Assembly: GCA_029259055.1 (NCBI GenBank)
Contig: JAPDJP010000016.1
Span: 13,019 to 77,018 of the forward strand
DNA from: Thermoplasmatota archaeon
GTDB taxonomy: Archaea; Thermoplasmatota; E2; UBA202; JdFR-43
Direction: 5' to 3'
Length of the DNA stretch: 64,000 nt
The notes under the pieces were generated by a model. The model made no database searches, was not told where the DNA came from, and saw only the letters and a list, made by a program, of their open reading frames with translations. Position numbers and translations under genes: made by a program. Below, piece by piece: positions 60,148-64,000 of the stretch. The first letter of the stretch is position 1; each line of letters starts with the position of its first letter.

Positions 60148-62337
60148 TCATCTCCATTTTTCCAATAATTTACCATTCTTTGCGGAATATATTGATGCAA
60201 GACTCAAAATAGAAATGATGCATGCGAAAGCAAGCATAAATAAAACGAGCAATATAAATTGGCTAATCATTTCATACTCCATAAGGAAAATAGGAATTCC
60301 TCCGCCAATCAATGCAATTGTCGCCTCCGCCAAAGAAGGGCTTTTTCTACTCAATGCTATTTTTATAGCTTTTAGCCCGCTTTTTTCCTTAATTTCTTCT
60401 CTAACTCTTTCAGTAATATGAACTGCAAAATCTATACCGACACCAATAGCAATAGATGAAACAGTAATAGTTGAAACATTTAGTGGAATTCTTAATAAAA
60501 CCAGAATACTTGGCTCTAAAATCAAAAGCAATATGATGGGAATTATTGTGAACATAGCGTATTTAAAAGAGCGAAAGACAAGCAGTAGGCAGATAAAAAC
60601 TAAAATTAATGAAATAAACATGAATTTAAATTGCTGGTCCATTAACATTGCATTTAACTCAACTGTTATAGCAGCTAATCCAGTTAATTTAGAAATTTCC
60701 CCATATCCTTTTATTTCATTATTATATTGCTCAATGATTTGATTTATAGATGAAACGCTTCGTCTCGTCTCTTTTAATGGCATAATCGGCATTTCAACAT
60801 AAATTAATGTTTTACTCAAATCCTTATCAAGCATCATTATTTTGTATTTCTCGGGCAAAATTTCTACTACTCTCTTTACATCTTCTTTTGTTTTAGGAAG
60901 TTTCCCGAAATTCATTCTTTTTATTGCATCTACTATTGAATATACAGAAGCATTTTCAACACCAGTATTTATTATCTTTTCCATTCCATCCAATTTTTCC
61001 AAAAGTTTTGGTTCAAGCATTCCTTCCTTTCTATTTGTTTCAACTAAAATTACTCCAGACTGACCAGCATTAAACTTTTCCGAATATTCATGCATTATTA
61101 CATTACTTTTCATTTTTAATGGCATCATCTCCCATACAGATGTTCTTGTTGATACTTGTGGAATAGAGGCAATTGAGATTAAACAAACCATTATAAGAAT
61201 CAAAGAAATATGTTTCCTATATCTCGTTAAATTTGCCAATGAATCCCATTTTATGGCAACTTTTTTTCTTGGAGGAAATGCCAAAAGCAAGCATGGAATT
61301 AGCACCATTGTAGAGATGAAACAATAGAGGACACCAATAAAAAAAGCTAATCCCATATTTTCGATGGGAGGCATATCAGAAGTAAGTAAAGAAGCAAAGC
61401 CAACAATTGTTGTAATTGCTGAGAGAAAAACTGCTTTCCCTGTTGTATTGATTACTTTTTTTATAGCATTTCTTGGTTCATTATTACTCAATTCCATAAA
61501 ATAATTAATCATGTGAAGGGAATAAGCAACTCCTAATGCTCCAAGCAATGGAAGAACAGCAATTACTGTTGGAGCAAATTCTATATTCATCATGCCCATT
61601 GTCCCAAAAGTTAAGGCAATAGAATATAATACAGGAGCTATGGCAATTATTACTGTTTTCATGTCCTTATGGAAAGCAAATAGAATTAGTAGAATCAACA
61701 TTAAGGAAAGCAAAGCAACACTACTTATTCTTTCCATTATCCAATCAATTGTTTCTTTATATAAAGTTAGCATCCCGGTTGGAAATGCCTTTACTTTTTT
61801 CGTTGTTTCAATGATTGGATAAACCTTTTCATTTAATAATGAATCAACATCTGCATCCTTGCTTGTTGTTAAAATTATAACACCGTTCTTATTATCTTTA
61901 GAAATCAATTTGTATTTAATTTCATCTGGAATAAACTTTAAAAGGGCATCAATATAAAATTGATTATTTGGTATCTCATCCTTCCCAAAAGGAAGATTAG
62001 CATTTGTATCTTTAATGAGCGAGGCGATGCTTGCGGTATACATAACTTCATCTTCCATTCCTTCATAGGGATTTAAGGCATTTTCAATTCCATCCATTTC
62101 CTTGAGAGAAGCAATACTTGTAACATTGTTTGATTCAATGTAAATCATAAGTGAATCAATTGGCCATTCCTGTCTTATTTTATTGAGAAGCATTACACTT
62201 GGTTGAGTTGCTGGCATATATACTTCTATATCAGATGTTATCCTCATATTAACTGCTTGAATAGAAATGAAAAAAGTTATAATTGTAAAAATGAAAATAG
62301 TGAGCTTGGGTTTTTTAAGCAATAAGTCATATTGCAT
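60148..62337 (-). CDS. RND superfamily MMPL/HAE3 exporter (second, convergent)
   Basis: ALGVAYSLH, TTIVGFASL, GVGIDFAVH. Confidence 0.9.
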   Translation of the reverse strand: MQYDLLLKKPKLTIFIFTIITFFISIQAVNMRITSDIEVYMPATQPSVMLLNKIRQEWPIDSLMIYIESNNVTSIASLKEMDGIENALNPYEGMEDEVMYTASIASLIKDTNANLPFGKDEIPNNQFYIDALLKFIPDEIKYKLISKDNKNGVIILTTSKDADVDSLLNEKVYPIIETTKKVKAFPTGMLTLYKETIDWIMERISSVALLSLMLILLILFAFHKDMKTVIIAIAPVLYSIALTFGTMGMMNIEFAPTVIAVLPLLGALGVAYSLHMINYFMELSNNEPRNAIKKVINTTGKAVFLSAITTIVGFASLLTSDMPPIENMGLAFFIGVLYCFISTMVLIPCLLLAFPPRKKVAIKWDSLANLTRYRKHISLILIMVCLISIASIPQVSTRTSVWEMMPLKMKSNVIMHEYSEKFNAGQSGVILVETNRKEGMLEPKLLEKLDGMEKIINTGVENASVYSIVDAIKRMNFGKLPKTKEDVKRVVEILPEKYKIMMLDKDLSKTLIYVEMPIMPLKETRRSVSSINQIIEQYNNEIKGYGEISKLTGLAAITVELNAMLMDQQFKFMFISLILVFICLLLVFRSFKYAMFTIIPIILLLILEPSILVLLRIPLNVSTITVSSIAIGVGIDFAVHITERVREEIKEKSGLKAIKIALSRKSPSLAEATIALIGGGIPIFLMEYEMISQFILLVLFMLAFACIISILSLASIYSAKNGKLLEKWR

Positions 62338-62381
62338 AATCTTTCCCCTGTATTTTTCTTAATTTTTTTCTATATTTAAAA

Positions 62382-63560
62382 TTACCTAAATCTTTTCCAT
62401 ATGGCAGTAATAATAAATAATGCAATGATTGATAGGAAGCCAAAGCCAGGGGTGTCGCCCCCGCTCTCGCCGACAACGATTGTTGTTGTATATTTTGATT
62501 CTTCTCCATAGTTATCCATGACAATTAGGGTAACAGTGTATTCTCCTTCCTCCGTATATATGTGGGTTGGATTTTGCTGGGTACTATTTTTTCCATCACC
62601 AAAATCCCAGAAATAATATACAATTTCTCCATCCTCGTCCTTGCTAAGGCTCTCAAATAAAATTTTTGTTCCAACCTTTGGATTTTCTGGAGAATATCTT
62701 ATCTTTGCAATTGGAGGCTTATTTTCCTTTTCAACATGTTTATAATCATTCAACATTAACTGTAGATTCACGCCTTCCTCCATATTCATTACTCTTTCAA
62801 TCATTCCTTTTCCTCCATTCCATATTAATGTAGTTGCTGAAGAAATGTTTTCAAAAGGCGTTATTCCTCCAAAAGGATTATAGGTTGATTCAATCTGGTA
62901 TACATTGTCTCCTAATTTTTTGACACATTTAAAGGAGAAGGACATTTCTTGAGTTACTGGCCCCTCTTCTGTTTCTATTCCATATACCGTTACATTTGTT
63001 GTGGCTACCCATTTTTCTCCTTCCTTAACAGGGAAATCCATGAAGTCAACTGGAGGGTTATATTCTGTTACTACATGAAGCGGACTTGATGGAATAATTC
63101 CATATAAAGGTATGTTTGGAGTCACATTTATATCTATGTATATGTCCATTTCATTCCCAGCAACAGCAAGTTCATCTGTCGTAAAGTATATTTTTCCATC
63201 CGTTTTTATATTAAATACTCCTTCTATTCTCTGTGATTTTTCTCCAAACAGTGTTCCTTCAACAACTAAATTACCAGAAATATTAGAATTTATTTCTGCA
63301 ACATAACATCCCTTCAATTCATTTCCTATTTCTTTTGCTTCTATACCAACAACTTTCAATTTTACATCCAATTTATCAGTTTCTATTTGTAAGCTAAAAG
63401 AAATATTTTCAAATTCCATTTTCTCAGAATACTTAAAATTTCCAGAATAAGTCCAATAATCGCCAACGCTCCAATTCGGCTTTTCCAAATCTGCACATGT
63501 TAAAGGCATTAATAATATGAGGAAACAGACTATATATCCCAATTTAAATTTAAATTTCAT
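62382..63560 (-). CDS. Secreted PKD-domain protein with PGF-CTERM
   Basis: Signal peptide; PNWSVGDYWTY; WDFGDG; TPGFG + TM + KRFR. Confidence 0.85.
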   Translation of the reverse strand: MKFKFKLGYIVCFLILLMPLTCADLEKPNWSVGDYWTYSGNFKYSEKMEFENISFSLQIETDKLDVKLKVVGIEAKEIGNELKGCYVAEINSNISGNLVVEGTLFGEKSQRIEGVFNIKTDGKIYFTTDELAVAGNEMDIYIDINVTPNIPLYGIIPSSPLHVVTEYNPPVDFMDFPVKEGEKWVATTNVTVYGIETEEGPVTQEMSFSFKCVKKLGDNVYQIESTYNPFGGITPFENISSATTLIWNGGKGMIERVMNMEEGVNLQLMLNDYKHVEKENKPPIAKIRYSPENPKVGTKILFESLSKDEDGEIVYYFWDFGDGKNSTQQNPTHIYTEEGEYTVTLIVMDNYGEESKYTTTIVVGESGGDTPGFGFLSIIALFIITAIWKRFR

Positions 63561-63577
63561 ATTGCTTTATTCCAATC

Positions 63578-64000
63578 TCATATAAAATTTTTTGCGTGCA
63601 AACTTCGAATTTCCCTCCTTTCAGAAATTTCTCCAGCGATATTTTTTTTCATTGCTTCCTCAACATTTTTTTCATTTGCTAAGACCCACATTAATTTTAT
63701 CCAAGCGACTTCTGGAAGCATATCTTCTCCTCCTATAACGCCTGCCTTAAGCAATTTTCTTCCTGTTGAATATACATTTAAATTAACCCTTCCATATAAA
63801 CACTGGGTAGTCATAACAACTGGAATTCCTTGCCTTGTTAACCTTTTTATGGAAGGAATCCAATCTTCATTTACATGTCCCAATCCTGTGCCAGCTATAA
63901 CAACACCATCCTTCCACTCAACAATTCTTTCAAATTCTTCCCTTGTCATCCCAGGATAAAAATAAACTAAGGAAACGTTCTCATTCAATTTTGGCATTAC
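63578..64000 (-). CDS. gatD: Glu-tRNA(Gln) amidotransferase subunit D, C-terminal part (runs off the window)
   Basis: GVVIAGTGLGHV, TQCLYGRVNLNVYSTGR.L, DMLPEVA.IKLMW, NIAGE. Confidence 0.92.
   Translation of the reverse strand, partial: VMPKLNENVSLVYFYPGMTREEFERIVEWKDGVVIAGTGLGHVNEDWIPSIKRLTRQGIPVVMTTQCLYGRVNLNVYSTGRKLLKAGVIGGEDMLPEVAWIKLMWVLANEKNVEEAMKKNIAGEISERREIRSLHAKNFI

Noticed and set aside
1-64000. CRISPR array, rRNA, integrase/provirus, reverse transcriptase or DGR
   Set aside because: No regularly spaced repeats, rRNA-like GC-rich tract or relevant protein motifs were seen

Overview
AT-rich (about 30% GC by eye), very compact archaeal chromosomal segment. aIF2-gamma, S6e, L40e, L7Ae-S28e-L24e-ndk, archaeosine TGT, GatD, XPB-Bax1, pantoate kinase, PGF-CTERM proteins and NosD/PKD surface proteins suggest an uncultured Thermoplasmatota lineage (inference). 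BpsA suggests a thermophile. The window is mostly housekeeping, with four tRNAs (iMet, Val, Ile, Asp) and several decayed genes. Strongest leads: (1) a structured speD-bpsA 5' leader with two mutually exclusive folds, one sequestering the Shine-Dalgarno site (candidate archaeal riboswitch-like element); (2) an RHH-sat-DHH-AlkP-cysC PAPS operon lacking any sulfotransferase or reductase, whose regulator carries the RLxALGY tail that the AlkP enzyme lacks; (3) a bacterial-type QueF inside a core translation operon; (4) an unannotated 36-aa half-LIM zinc-finger microprotein; (5) a secreted GEVED/clan-CD protease; (6) a +1 frameshift in trm14 at UUU-CGG-UAG. All assignments come from motif recognition by eye; no searches were run.
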